A stretch of 63,454 nt of DNA, filler included, from Licmophora abbreviata (GCA_900291995.1; 14 parts of 14 records of this genome joined end to end with filler, not necessarily neighbours in it); one strand, 5' to 3'; numbered from the whole stretch's first letter, positions 35,215 to 47,536 are shown. Numbers and translations: made by a program. The notes: generated from the letters alone by a model not told the origin.

Positions 35215-37383
35215 TCAACCATTGCAAAACGGATCCGATGTGTCAATGCCGCGATAGCCCAATGAGTCAAGCACGAACTTGGCAGAACGTTCGCCTGAAC
35301 CCCAAGCGCCTTGAACGGATTCCCATTGATCGAGACAAGCACAAGCTCCGCTCACATGCAGAATCCATTCTCCATTTTGGTTGCATCCATTGTGCTCGCA
35401 ATACGCAGTGAGGGTGGGGAATCCGCCAAAGAAGTTAGCATAGTCCTGCAGCGACGACCCAATCTTCCAGTATGCGAGTGCTCCATATCCAAAGTCGATA
35501 TCCTTATTCAGGGCCACGTACTGCATGTCAATTGGATCGACAAACTTGTTTTGATAGATAGTTCGAAGTGGATCAAGTAACGCGTCAAGGGTGTCCGACG
35601 TGAGCGTCCCTGAAGCGTCAGCTACCTCTTCAAAGGCTTCGGTCATGAGAAAGCAGACCAAGATCTTGCTGTTCTTATGAAAGCTGTCGTGGTTCAGGTT
35701 TAGCCACTGTTGGCATCTACCTCGGTTCGCGAGGTCCTGGACAGCTACAAGATATTCAGTGCTATCCCAGAAAGCTGTATCAAACTGATAGAACACCTTG
35801 ACAGACTGTGCCATCTCGAAAGGGGAGTGTGTTTCGTGGGGATACGCGAGGGGCGGCGAAAACGAAACCAAGTCGTTGTTGATCACACCAGTGCTCACAG
35901 TGAGGATGGTGCGCAAAGCAAAATAGTCGACGCAACCCGATGATGTCTCGGCCACAATCCGCGCCTTGTAGTCTTTACCGTCGTGAAGGAGATCAATGTC
36001 GTATTCAATCTCGGTAACTCGCATGTTAGTAACCAAAGATCCCACCCGAACGTGATTGTCATGATATGTTTGGATCAACGACTCGAAGCCTCGTTGATCT
36101 AGCACGAGCTGATTCGCATTGGCGTAAGGAAACGACAAAGCCGATACATCTGCCTTTGCCATAAACCAGTCAATGTAGATCCATTCCATGGCGTATTCGA
36201 GATTATCGCTCAGTGTGTCCCCTTTTCCGACCTTGAAGCCGTTGTCGGCGAACACCTTGACGATACCATTGTCAGGTGGCGGGTTGTCGCCCCAGTAAGC
36301 CTCCATATCCTGGACGGCCCCGTCCCACGCGTTGTCCAAGCTTTCTAGAACTTCCGATACCTTGCTCTCCTTGACAGCAGCGCCTGTTTTCATATTATAC
36401 AGACTCCAGTCGTACCAGTCATTCTCGACGAAATCCAGTCCCATCGCATTCGCCTCATTCCATACTGGGTTTGTCGTATCAGGCCACATCCAGTTGGCGC
36501 CTTCTTCAACGGTATAACCTCCAAACTGCGTTGACCGGACGCGCCCCCCAATACGGTCTGTACTTTCAAGAATTTTGATATCCAAGTTGGGGTCGATCGC
36601 ATGCAATCTCGCGGCAGCTGCAATACCCGCTGCACCGGCTCCAACAATGACCACATCTGCGTAAACTGCACTAGAACAAGACTTGGAATCGATCCGAGTT
36701 GGACGAAGCGATGGAGCCTCGCTTGAACTAGAACTTGGGACTGACGTTGGCTCCGCGGAAGGAGATGATGATCGCCGCATACTTGGACGAACAGTTGGGA
36801 AAGACGATGATTCCGTTGAAGGATCAGTCGACGGGCTTGCAGTTGGATTTGTACTTGGATACGTGGATGGTCCTGTCGTTGGTGCCAATGAGGGACCTTC
36901 GCTGGGACGTTCACTTGGATAGTTTGTGGGAATTTTGGAAGAAAGTGTCGACGGTAATGAGCTCGGCTCTATCGAGGACTCACGGCTGGGACGAAAGCTT
37001 GGCACCATCGAAGGCCTTGTACTTGGCCTACCGGACAGTGGAAGACTCGGCGCACCGGACGGGGCGTCCGTCGGCCGAGTTGCGGTTCTCTTTCTCAATC
37101 CTGCAGATCGCGGACTTGACGTGGTCGAGTCCTGTATCCGAAAGTTTTGCAAGAAAGAGTTCCGATTTGATGCCGCTTCCCCCGATCGCTTTCGTTCCAG
37201 CCATCCCTCTAGGCCGTCACCACGTCCTCGAAGTCGATCGAGTTCAAAATTGGATTGATTGACCACCTCTCGAAATGGTTCTGATTGCTTCTCATCGTTC
37301 AGGAGGCTGCCTTGCGCCCTAAGGATACTGATAAACGACAAGAGCGTGAGGGATTTTCCATAGGCCTTCATTGCAGAAGTCAT
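35215..37383 (-). CDS. Secreted flavin-containing amine oxidase (polyamine oxidase-like) with Pro/Ser/Thr-rich stalk
   Basis: Signal peptide; PSxxPS repeats; VVIVGAGAAGIAAA, ILESTDRIGGRV, EEGANW, FSPPL, KVFYQFDTAFW and VQGAWGSGERSA. Start is ATG 37383 or 37371. Confidence 0.87.
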   Translation of the reverse strand: MTSAMKAYGKSLTLLSFISILRAQGSLLNDEKQSEPFREVVNQSNFELDRLRGRGDGLEGWLERKRSGEAASNRNSFLQNFRIQDSTTSSPRSAGLRKRTATRPTDAPSGAPSLPLSGRPSTRPSMVPSFRPSRESSIEPSSLPSTLSSKIPTNYPSERPSEGPSLAPTTGPSTYPSTNPTASPSTDPSTESSSFPTVRPSMRRSSSPSAEPTSVPSSSSSEAPSLRPTRIDSKSCSSAVYADVVIVGAGAAGIAAAARLHAIDPNLDIKILESTDRIGGRVRSTQFGGYTVEEGANWMWPDTTNPVWNEANAMGLDFVENDWYDWSLYNMKTGAAVKESKVSEVLESLDNAWDGAVQDMEAYWGDNPPPDNGIVKVFADNGFKVGKGDTLSDNLEYAMEWIYIDWFMAKADVSALSFPYANANQLVLDQRGFESLIQTYHDNHVRVGSLVTNMRVTEIEYDIDLLHDGKDYKARIVAETSSGCVDYFALRTILTVSTGVINNDLVSFSPPLAYPHETHSPFEMAQSVKVFYQFDTAFWDSTEYLVAVQDLANRGRCQQWLNLNHDSFHKNSKILVCFLMTEAFEEVADASGTLTSDTLDALLDPLRTIYQNKFVDPIDMQYVALNKDIDFGYGALAYWKIGSSLQDYANFFGGFPTLTAYCEHNGCNQNGEWILHVSGACACLDQWESVQGAWGSGERSAKFVLDSLGYRGIDTSDPFCNG

Positions 37384-37663
37384 AGTCTTGTGCAACACAT
37401 CCGGGAAAAAGTGCCGACTTCGTCATATCGTGGTTTGTGTGAGGCGTCTGTCTCAAGGCTCGTCCAGTTGTGCCGATAAATGCCAAGCAAGAGTACAAAG
37501 TATCGTAATGACCTTGATACAATGAATAAGGACGCACGGTACTGCAATGACGTATAAATAAGTNNNNNNNNNNNNNNNNNNNNNNNNNNNNNNNNNNNNN
37601 NNNNNNNTTAATTAATTAANNNNNNNNNNNNNNNNNNNNNNNNNNNNNNNNNNNNNNNNNNNN

Positions 37664-39111
37664 CTCCGGAGGGAATCTTTCTTGGTCGTTCTGTTGAAGA
37701 CGTGGACGTGTGCGTGATCGGTGCGGGTGTGAGTGGCCTCGTGGCGGCCATTACAGCTGCAAACGAAACTGACACAGGTGCGAAGATTGTCGTACTGGAA
37801 GGGTCAGCGACTGTTGGAGGGCGAGTACAGTCGGATTCGACGACCGACGGGTACGTTTTGGATCGAGGATTTGCCGTCTTTATTGAAGAGTACCCCGCTG
37901 CCAAAATTCTCTTGAATTACACAACACTAGCACTGGGAAAGTTTCAGCCGGGAGCCTTGGTGAAACTTAAGGGTGAAACGTCGCTGGCGCGAGTAGCAGA
38001 TCCGCTGCGTCAACCTTGGACAATTTTTGAGGGTATCGTCGCACCGGTGGGTACTCTGCTCGATAAGATCAAAGTTCTACCACTGATCTATCACGTCATG
38101 TCGCAATCGATTGAGCAGCTGTTTGACGAGCCCGAAACCGATACACTAACTTGCCTGAAGGAACGATGGGGCTTTTCCGACGCAATTGTCGATCGCTTCT
38201 TCAAACCCTTTCTAGAAGGCATCTATCTCGCTCCATTGGAAGAGCAGAGCTCCCGTATGTTCCATTTCGTCTTCAAAATGTTCTCCGAAGGTGCCGCTAC
38301 TTTACCCAAGGGGGGTATCGGGGAGGTCGCAGCGCAATTGGAAAAGCAAGCCTTGGACAAGGGCGTAGAAATTCGTACCGGTCAGCCCGTCGGCGCAATC
38401 GTCACCGACGACAACAATGAAGAAAGGATCCGAGTCAATCTGAGGGACGAGCGAAGGACGATTCGCGCCAGGAGTGTTATTCTAGCGACAGAGGGTCCGG
38501 CAGCGAGGGATCTACTGGGCGGAATGGAGGCCTTGCGTTCGCTGGAAACGGTTGAGCAAAATCCTCAACGCGAAGTCGGATGCTTGTACTATGGATTCAA
38601 TACGACAGTTCCCGTTTCGGATCCGATTCTTGTTCTCAGCGGGTACTGTGAAGATCGTGGGTCGGAGGCAAGTCCCATCAACAATATTTGCTTTCCGTCG
38701 GTCGTTAGCGAGGGATACGCACCAGAGGGGTGCAACTTGTGCAGCGTCACGGTATTGAAGGGCGCAATGAAGGCTTACGATGGACAAATCGACGATCTGG
38801 ATCAGGCCGTAAGGAAGGAGCTGTGCGGCTGGTTCCCTTCAGAGAAAGACAACATTCAAGACAAATGGGAACTTAAGGGCACATACCATATCCGCAATGC
38901 CCAACCGGCCCAGATGGGCAACCCCACATCCGCCAACATTAACGGCGGGAGAGACTGTACGTCATTCGGAGGTAAGAATCTCCCCGACGGGTTGCTGGTT
39001 TGCGGCGATCACATGGCCACAGCAACGCTCAACGGTGCACTCGAGAGTGGAGCGAACGCGGGAAGAGAAGCAGCGAAGGTGGTTCAAGAAGTAGCGAAAA
39101 TAGATTGCTAA
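37664..39111 (+). CDS. Flavin-dependent oxidoreductase (amine oxidase/protoporphyrinogen-oxidase-like family); 5' truncated
   Basis: VIGAGVSGL, VGGRVQSD..DGYVLDRGF, FFKPFLEGIYL, SSRMF.FVFKMF and CGDH..T.TLNGALESG. Confidence 0.87.
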
Positions 39112-39398
39112 GGCCGTAACATGTGAAGTCAGATGATGTTAAAGATTCTTGGAATATACTCATACTGTTCTAGCGAGCGAAACACGTGACAATCTACTCG
39201 CCGGAACGGAACCCACCCTCCCAAAAGTCCACAGAACCGCCCTACACCTAGCGTATGACAAGTCTGATTGCTATCAACTAATTCGTGAATTGACTTACTC
39301 GAGTTAAAACTAACAGGCCACATTCCAAAGCGACACACCAATACTCTACTAGACTACTCCGCACGCTCCATCACCCCGAGTCTTCATCGAGCACTGTA

Positions 39399-40932
39399 CT
39401 ACTTGCCATGTTCCTCCAAAATATCCGTAGTCAAGACAAAGTTCGTTTTTTGCTTTCCCAGNNNNNNNNNNNNNNNNNNNNNNNNNNNNNNNNNNNNNNN
39501 NNNNNTTAATTAATTAANNNNNNNNNNNNNNNNNNNNNNNNNNNNNNNNNNNNNNNNNNNNACCATATCCACCAAGTCTTTCACAAATCCCAGTAAATGT
39601 TCCTTGAATTCATCCTGCACTGTACTCTCCGGTGGCGCCTGCGGATGAACATTAACTTCCAACAGGTACAATCGTCCTTCTTGTGTCACCATGATATCAA
39701 GCGCCGCCAGACTGAATTTTCGAATTTCGACAGGACTCGGTTCATCATGCTGCACACTGTACGCAACGCGCCGTCTCATGTCAGGAAGTAAATGCCGAAA
39801 GGTAGTGGCACAGAAGAGTTCAATGTGTTTTTGTTTGGAAGCGAGTTCAGGGACATTGTGCAACAAGACCCTCTCGTTCAATTGACTGAGCGATCCGTTC
39901 GTAATGTGTGCGGCTGGATCACGATTGAGAGGATCGTTGGTACTGACAGGTGTATTGGCAATGCGTACTTCATGACGATTGAAGACAAAGACGTCAATGA
40001 GGTCTTCATGAAAGAGTTTTCCAAGACGGCAACGTAAGAGCGAATGTGAAACTTGTGCTGCTTGTTGCGAATCAACAGCGGCGGATAAACTTCTGCCTGA
40101 AGGACTGGAGTATAGTGAAAGGATGCAGAGATTTATAGAGGTGAGTAGAAGGGGTCAGTACAGACGAATTGTGAGCGATCGCAGTGCATCTCTCGCGTGG
40201 TCGATTCGATTCGATTCGATTCCTCGCTAATTTTCCTTTCTAAAACTCACCCCAAGCTGGCATTCTGCCCTTTTTAGTAATGATGGTATCGAGAAAATCG
40301 GGATCTTCCAAAGCCCGCTTCCGATGTCGTTCGACAATTTCATACATTTCTTCCGCATCTTGTACAAAGAAAATGCCGTCGCCGGAGGATCCCATGGGCT
40401 CCTTCAAGACTGCGACCGTATGAGACAACGAGTCGGAGTCGTTCTCATTGCCAGGCAAAAGAGGAAGTTTGGGCACGACCTTTTTGCATTCGTCTCGCGT
40501 GACATCCCACTTGATCAAGACGGAGGGTGGTGATATGTTGAGATGATCGGCACGACATCGCTGCAGCGTCCGGACGAGTTCGTCCTTGTCTTCCAGTCCA
40601 TCCAGGGCAGCCGATGTCCCGTGAACGGCATAGACGACCTCGTCGTCGGGGTTGGTAATATCGATCCGCATGGTGCAAGGCTGAGGGAGTCCCTTTTTGA
40701 GCATACTGCGCCGTCTGGAAGTGTTGGGTGTGGCTGTGACGGAGGATTTGGCCTTGAGGAGGCCCGTGGGAAGTAAATTGGGAGTTTCGACTCGCTTCAT
40801 GTCCATCATGTCGCGGCTGTGGTCGCCAGTAGCCACAGAGTTCATGACCCACGCCCAGGGCTCTCGCACTGTATACGTGATCTTGTCGTCATGATGTTGT
40901 TGTTGTTGTTGTTGTTGTTGTGGTGACGGCAT
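39399..40932 (-). CDS. Tubulin-tyrosine ligase (TTL/TTLL, ATP-grasp) family protein; intron ~40100-40250, apparent frameshift ~40018, last codons beyond the gap at 39462-39561
   Basis: VLKEPMGSSGDGIFFV, PLLI....KFHIRSYV, HITN and ALDIMV....LYLLEVN.HP. N-terminal poly-Q. Confidence 0.8.
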
Positions 40933-41050
40933 GGTGAGTTGGTTNNNNNNNNNNNNNNNNNNNNNNNNNNNNNNNNNNNNNNNNNNNNTTAATTAATTAA
41001 NNNNNNNNNNNNNNNNNNNNNNNNNNNNNNNNNNNNNNNNNNNNTCATGA

Positions 41051-41083
<33 letters not shown>

Positions 41084-41639
41084 GGTGACGGCATGGTGAG
41101 TTGGTTACACAAGACTACTAGTATATAGTCATCGTCGCGACGATAGCGCCTAGTTATCCGGAACGTTGAAAATGGACGGCGAAGAGAGCGGAAGTTTGGA
41201 ACGTTGGTGTGTTGTTGGGCGCGCGCAAACTGGAACCAAATTGATGCAAGTCACCCGGATTGATTCCATTACGTCTCATCGCGTGCATTTGGGTGTCATC
41301 AGACGGGAATATATGGTATTCATGGAGGGATATAAAAATAAAATCTTTACTTATAACATGCGAGCTCTAAAGCCACTGCGTCAGTGGCTGGAGGCAGTAC
41401 GGAACTGTACGTGAAGGCAACGTGACGTGCCGGGTGTCAGGTGCGAACACCCGTTTGTGAAAGTTCGAGTTGTTGCGTTTCGATTGTCGACGTCTTTCTC
41501 GATCCGAGTGAGTCTCAGTGTGTGTACTACGAGTATTATACAAGTTTGAGTAGTATACCTGGTATCATACCGTAGCAGAAGACCGAGACTCTCTCTATCC
41601 TAGATTACACTCGCGTGACCCCTGACCAGACCCTCCATT

Positions 41640-43174
41640 ATGGCTCCTTCCACCACCCTGACTTGCTCTTCGTGCTGTCTCATGCTGGCGTCCGTCGTGT
41701 CGGCCTTTGCCCCGAGCGTCTCTCGCGGTGCCGTCACTTCGACAAGTTTCTCTACGACGCCTCCTGTAGCAGCTGCAGTAGCACGAACAAAAGCGACGAC
41801 GGCACTCTTGGCCACGGTCGATCCTTCCGTCGTGACAAAGCAGGAGTACAAGGATATCTGTGGAGTTCAGTTCGACGATGAGTCTCTCGAGCAACGTCTG
41901 AAACGTACTTCCTTCTTGTACCCCAAGCACGTCGAAGTGATTGAAGACCTGGCGCCGATTGCCGATGACATGGTCGACTCTGTGGTGAGTGCTGTGGGCA
42001 CTACAGTGTACTGTATGCTGTAGGCTCAGATGGGTCAGTCTGTGTCTATACATGTGCTTGCTTTTTCTTTGGAGAAAGGCTAGTTTCTACTTTTGGCACG
42101 TAGCCAGTGACACCATCACTCTCTGTGTGTCAGGCTTGAAATCTGGACGCTCCGTTACCGCTCTTGCCTATTCACTATTCACTCACTCACAAACATTTCT
42201 TTACTACTACCACCACCACCACCACCATACAGCTCCTCGAAACGGGCGACCGCGCATGGCAGCCTCAAGACTACCTCCCCGATCTCACCAACGACAACTG
42301 GTACGACGCCATCAAGGACATGCGCGCCGAAGCCGACAACATCCCTGACGACTTGCTCGTTGTCCTCATTGGCGACATGGTCACAGAAGAAGCGCTTCCC
42401 ACCTACCAAACACTCCTCAATACCTTTGAAGGCTGCGACGACCCCACCGGAACCACCGACTCGGCATGGGCTCGTTGGAGTCGCGGATGGACCTCCGAAG
42501 AGAACCGCCATGGCGATCTTCTCAACAAGTACTTGTACTTGGGTGGACGCTGTGACATGCGCAGCATCGAAGTTACCATTCAGCATCTAATTACCACTGG
42601 ATTCAATCCCGGGGCGCAGAAAGACCCCTACCGTGGCTTTGTCTACACTTCCTTCCAAGAGCGCGCCACCAAGATCTCCCATGGCAATGTCGGCAAGCTC
42701 GCGCGGGACTACGGCGACAAGAACTTGGGACGCATCTGTGCCAAAATTGCAGGAGACGAAGGTCGTCACGAGAAGGCCTACCAAACCTTTGTGACGGAAA
42801 TATTGAAGCGTGATCCGGAGGGACTCTTGCATGTCTTTGGTGACATCATGCGTGGACAGATCGCCATGCCGGCGGAACTCATGACGGATGGACAAGACCC
42901 AGACTTGTATGAAAACTTTTCCGCGGTCGCTCAGAGACTAGGTGTCTATACGGCCATTGATTATGCCGAAATCATCAAGCATTTGGTGGACACGTGGGAC
43001 TTGGAAACCCTGGAGGGACTCTCGGGCGAGGCGGAGAAGGAGCGAGAGTTCATTTGCCGATTGCCGGAACGCTATCGCAAGTTGGCAGAGCGTTCCATGA
43101 ACAAGAAAAAGAAAGCGACGGAAGACGAAATTCCGATGAAGACCTTCAACTGGATCTATGGACGACAGGCTTAG
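41640..43174 (+). CDS. SAD: Plastid acyl-ACP (stearoyl/palmitoyl-ACP) delta-9 desaturase; intron 41985-42232
   Basis: VSAFAP bipartite presequence; WQPQDYLPD, GDMVTEEALPTY, WTSEENRHG, YTSFQERAT and IAGDEGRHE diiron motifs. Confidence 0.95.
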
Positions 43175-43689
43175 TGTCTTTGTGGCTGTGTCTCGTTATG
43201 GTAGACCGCTACTTCTGCCTTTTCTAACAACTGAAGCTTGGGAATGAGAGGAGAGAGACCGTCCCAAGTTGCATCAGCTTGCACGACAGAATTTACTCTA
43301 GAAATCAATCCTTGTGCCTCTGAAGTCGTCGATGAAAATGTATCATTCTTATCTCTGTAGCTAGAGCGTATTGTGCTGTTGGTACCGACGAGGTAAAAAG
43401 CAATCAAGATGTGACGACGCTTGGTCACGTCAAATTTCCGAAAGGTGGAAGAGGCCACTCGTGTGCTTGTAGCGGCCACTTCGCTGTCGATGTGATGCGA
43501 GTGTCGTTGGCTCCTTAACACTGTAACCAACAGATACGAATAGTGGAGATGGGCCTACAACTATTTCTGAGAAGAGCCTGGCACACTTTCCAGATGAGCT
43601 TCAGTGATGGACAAGAGGGACTATACAACTCTGCTTAGTCTAACACTTCCATCAAGTGCGCACTGCAACGGTTTTTCCCCATGCTTCCT

Positions 43690-46600
43690 CTATTTCGCAT
43701 CGTACCATGTCTTGTGAGCCCATGATCCGTCCACAAGCAAAGGTACTTTGGTCGGTTCAAGCCCAAAAGTCCATGGTTCTTGCATGCAATCGACTACCAC
43801 CTCAAACGCTTCTTCCGCAGTCTCTTCAGGTCCTTCCAAGATGACTTCATCATGAATTTGCATCAGTAATATCCAACCGAGACGTTTCAGCTTGTCGTTG
43901 TCGTTGATCTTATTCATAGCCATCATGGCGACGTCCGCGGCCCCGCCTTGAATCGGAGTGTTGATGCTTGCGCGTTCCGCACCCGCAATCATTCTGCGGG
44001 TAGTCGGTGGCACAGCATCGGGAAGTTGACGATACCGCCCCATGAGCGTACGAGTTATCCCATATCTGCGCGCATATGCTTTGGTGTCTTTCTGCCACTT
44101 TTCGACTTCCGGACGCGCGTCGTACCACGCCTGCAACATTGCCTCCGCCTCTTCCCGCGACACACCCCAGTCCAGGCTCAACCCATGAGCCGTCTTTCCG
44201 TACGCAATGGAAAAGTTCAGCGTCTTGGCTTTGCGTCGCTCTGATGCAAACTCATCCTTCAAGAGTGGCTTGGGTGGATCGCCGTTGGTGTAGTCCCACT
44301 CCAGCAGACACTCCCCAGCATCGACCTTCTCCTTTACATAACCAAACATGTCGAGGGCGGTTCTCGAGTGAAAGTCCCCTCCGGCTGCGAAGGCATCAAT
44401 CATGGACTTGCACCCTGTCATACTTGCCAAGAGCCGCAGTTCAAGCTGCCCGTAATCGGCCACAATCAGATTGTTTCCAGGCGACGCCTGAAACGCCTGT
44501 CGGATCTTGTACTTGTCCTTCTCGAGAGCTGGCTGGTTTTGTAGGTTTGGTCGACGCGATGACAGCCGACCCGTCTCAGTGTTGAGGTTTAATGAGCAAT
44601 GGACTCGGCTTTGTTCATCCGCGAGCGACTGAAGACTCGTGATGAAGCTGCCAATCATTGTATCAATGGAGCCGACAGAACAAAGGCTGAACAATGCCTC
44701 GCAAGCCTTGCGGCCTCGCTCTCCCCCACCGAAGAATTCGTAAGCCTAAGCGTGGGCGGCAGAAGATAAGCAGACGCTAGTTAGTGATGCGACCCTGATC
44801 GGTGCGTCACATCTCAAGCACCATTCAACAGTGTACGTACCGTTCCGTATTTTGGATCGTCCCCCAGCGGATCACCTGCCAGCTTCCTGATCACGTCGGC
44901 CGTCACGCTGGCTGCACCACCCGCCGTGTACTTTTCTGGTGTCATACCGATGCTTCGGATAGTGACTTCGACATATTTTGGCTTGGCTTCAGCCTTCTCC
45001 TTGAGTTCCGCTAGGATCTCGGAGATTGCTCCACCGTCGCTTTTGGCAGCGGCCTCGAGCGCTTCGCTGATCGTCTTGTAGCCGTCGCTGTCTCTCGGCG
45101 ACGACACAGACAGCAACTCGCATGCGTAAGCACTGTCTTCCCTCAGACGATCTAAAAGCTGTTTTCGCTTGCCAGTGTCCTTGAGGCCTCTAGCCTTACA
45201 AGAATCTCGCAGGTCTTCTTCGCTCATGGCCTCGTAGTCGTCCTGCGGCGTGCCATCCTCAGCGCTGACATTGCTTGCCAAAAAGTGCCCCCGCAATCGT
45301 TCTTGCAACTCTGCTTTCTTCCCCGACATCTTGAGTCCCCTCTGTTTGCAGAGCGCCTTTAACTGCGATGCTTTCATATGGTCAAAATCGTCCGTCTCAG
45401 TTTCGACTGGAGGAAATGAATCAACGAGGGAAGACAGGAGACGCGAGTCAGCTTGTGCGGGTGAAACAACAACGGACCTTCCTACACCCCCAAAAGGGCG
45501 GTCTTTTTACCTGACTTGGCATCCGGGTTTGCTTGATGCTGTTCATCTCGCTGTCGATACGCTTCAATAGCTTCATCAGGGATCTCTTCTCTTGGCACCT
45601 TTAATACTCTCTCCTTTTCGGTCGGTTCTTTCGTCTTCGCATTCTCTGCCCCTCCAAATAGAAAGGTAGTCAACTGAAGCGAGCTTGCCGGATTTAATGC
45701 CAGTCCATCTGGGCCGATCATAGTCTGCGCCCACTCCCGAAATACTCGCACATGATGTGCTCGATCTTCACGCGCTTGCACCTCGACATTGGCCAAGTAG
45801 TTTCGCGCATCGACACGAATCCCCCGTCGCTCCATATCCGTCAAGACTTCCCCAAACTTGCGCATGTGCATATCATAATAGTCAAAGAGGTTCTTTCCAG
45901 GCTTCCAGGGCATACGTTCCAGTCGTCTCTGTAGCTCTTCTCGCAACAACCATGTCCCTTCGGCGTCGTAGCATGAGTACATGATCCAATTCTTTCGATG
46001 CTTAGGATCGCGTTGCATGACTTCGATGGCAGGAAGATCCACCAAACTACCAGCGGTCCCGTCCTTTCGCAATCGGGGCACACCGAACAATTCCTTCATG
46101 GGCTTCTTGCGACGTTCTAGCAAATCATCTGTCAGCGCCTCCAAGGAATACCCCATGGCTGTAGTCCGTTTCAATCTCGATGTATCTTGCAGTCTTGCCA
46201 TGTGCATGGTATCTCCCGCAAAGCCCCGTACATTGATCCCTTCATTCCACATGACATGTCGATCAAAGCCATAATTGTGCCACACTTTAAGAAATTTCTC
46301 ATTTTCGAACCACTCCTTGAACTCATTGAGAACACCAAAGGCATCGTCCAGATTGTCAATCCACAAAGTCATCCCCGGCCCGTCCCCATAATCAAAGTCT
46401 GGTCCACTGTAGATACTAGCACACGTGACATAGCCATTGCCCACGGGACCGAGGTTCTTCAAGTCAATCTCCATGACTTCAGTATCACAGGCATGAATAG
46501 TCTCCGGCGGAGCTTGGTTCAACAATTCGATGACCTTGCGCGCATGTTCGCGAGTGCGCACCTGGGTGACGCGGGGAATGGGCGTGGCGTCCACTTCAAA

Positions 46601-47227
46601 GTATCCCTCATCACCAGGCTTGAGCTGGAGGAGAGGTTTGAGGTGTTCCCACATGGCGTCGCTGCGCCGACCAAAGGACTCGGCCCACTGGAGTGGATTG
46701 CGAACGTTCCAGTTCTTCTTGGGTCGACTCTTGAGGCCTTTTAGAAGAAGTTCATCGTCGTTGTCGTCATTTGCGTTACCATCGACATTGACTTGGCGAC
46801 TTGCCGATTTCGGTGTTGTAGTGTCGCTCTCTTCGTAATAGAGAGCAGCGGTAGTTGTGTCGTCAGTGTGCATGATATCTGTGTCATTGTGGGCGACTGC
46901 CGCAGCCGCTGCATCCGAAAGGGCGGAACGAACCTGCAGCGCATGATACGGATGCCAGGAACGTGATGGTGACTCCCGTCGACGTAGTAGTGACAGTGAT
47001 GAAGGATAAAATCCTGGACGGGCTTGACCGTACTGTTGTCGTTGTTGCTGCTGCAGTGTTCGGGCGGCAACAGCCGCGGTACTGCGGCGAAGCATTGCTG
47101 TGTTGCTTGTGGTAGTTCTGTAGGTAGACGTAAAGCCACTTGTCGTTTTAAAACAAACACTACAGATCAACAGTACAGAGGACAACCAAGAGGATAGTAG
47201 GAGTCGGGACGACGACGTCGTCGTCAT
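43690..47227 (-). CDS. POP: Organellar family-A DNA polymerase (POP) with 3'-5' exonuclease and two inserted SAP domains; introns 45407-45510 and 44746-44840
   Basis: Exonuclease motifs HACDTEV, VWHNYGFDRH and YSCYDAE. Polymerase motifs TETGRLSSRRPNLQNQP, ADYGQLELR, ERRKAKTLNFSIAYG, NTPIQGGAAD and QIHDE. Confidence 0.93.
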
Positions 47228-47520
47228 TCAAGCCTAGAGAAGAAGAAGAAGAAGTAGAATTTCTACGGTATTTTGCTTGGACGGGGGCCGAGGTGCTTGA
47301 TTTTAGGCGTTGTGTTCTGTTCAGACTCCAGTTTTGACTGCACAGGATGGATCTGGGAGGTTCGAAAGCTGTAATTCGGTGCTTGAAACAGCAATGAAGC
47401 CCACGGAGCAAGCAGAAACACAACACGAGAGAAGACAATGCCGTGTCTAATATGCAGGGAATGCAATGGCCTGAAATTGACGCCGCTGCTCTCGTTTCAG
47501 AGTTCGGCGCGGGCTGGCTC

Positions 47521-47536
47521 TTTGGGCGCGCCAAAA
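47521..47536 (-). promoter_or_regulatory. Candidate E2F-type site (TTTTGGCGCGCCCAAA) ~295 bp upstream of POP
   Basis: Contains TTTGGCGC, matching the E2F consensus TTTSSCGS, in a near-palindrome. Confidence 0.4.

Noticed and set aside
35215..39111. Head-to-head pair of flavin oxidases as a co-regulated pathway
   Set aside because: They belong to different subfamilies and are separated by a gap of unknown size.
5333..47227. Apparent cluster of DNA-metabolism genes (DNMT, PCNA-like, TOP6A, POP) as a single system or viral insert
   Set aside because: The genes are dispersed among unrelated housekeeping genes on different contigs, most have spliceosomal introns, and no viral hallmark genes are visible.
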